A stretch of 64,000 nucleotides of DNA from Callorhinchus milii (Eukaryota). Where the stretch lies: positions 46,502,001-46,566,000 of the forward strand of contig NW_024704743.1 of the NCBI RefSeq assembly GCF_018977255.1, read 5' to 3'. The position numbers and the translations under genes are program-made. The notes under the pieces are model-generated. The model did not search any database. It saw nothing but the letters and a program-made list of their open reading frames with translations, and was not told the origin of the DNA. This document shows, piece after piece, positions 63,441 through 64,000 of the stretch. Position 1 is the stretch's first letter. Each line of letters begins with the position of its first letter.

Positions 63441-64000
63441 TGCTGACAACATCCAAAGGGTTTTATTTGCTTATACACATGATAATCCACCTCGATGCTA
63501 TGTACCCTGAGGCATTTGCTTTCTTCCACCTCGCTGCACTGCTCCTTCTTCAATTTGTCTGTCCCCAAATTCTCTTCACAACCTTTGACAGTGCTTTTGA
63601 TTAACATGCTCAAATTTCTCCTTCCCACCCTGCTCGGTGATTCCCCATTGCCTTTGTGAAGCCGTTTGAGACCTTCATTCTCCATGAAAGATGTAATATA
63701 AATGTATTTTGTTGCTGTTGATCTTCAAAGCTCTGGCCCTCTTGATTATGAGGAGCTCCGGGTTAAACAGTTTCCTTTTGGCCGCTGACTGTTCGGAGGC
63801 ACCTGCAACAGAGGAATGATTGCCTTTCAGCAGGTGATGAGTAGGACAGGGTTTCTCCTTGAGATCAGTTTGGGCATTATAAACTAAAGGTACCTTGACT
63901 GGGCAGGAGTAGTCTGCATTCTGGAGTGCAGTATAATTATTTTAATATTGTTATTATCGTTACTCCACAAAAATTGCAAAGTAACCATTTTGTGTTGTAT

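Overview
Vertebrate genomic DNA. The repeat content (L2, CR1, Penelope, tRNA-Ala SINE, Deu-type SINE) suggests a cartilaginous fish, probably a chimaera/elephant-shark-like genome; this is inference. The window lies inside a large plus-strand RBMS-family gene, best matching RBMS3. I found only two certain coding exons (43715-43872 and 50871-50950), which together encode most of RRM2. The rest is intron filled with decayed retroelements, several of them nested. No prokaryotic-type system, CRISPR array or intact transposon gene is present, and almost all ORFs in the track are repeat-derived or random. The main observations are: (1) a Penelope insertion with a 14-bp TSD, an inverted 5' terminal piece, a degenerate hammerhead-like motif and two nested insertions; (2) a candidate in-frame 39-nt cassette exon for the RRM1-RRM2 linker, plus a NAGNAG acceptor at the same junction; (3) an unclassified dispersed repeat family with six copies; (4) a multi-hairpin segment at 11.5-11.7 kb. 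Family names come from recalled motifs, not database searches.
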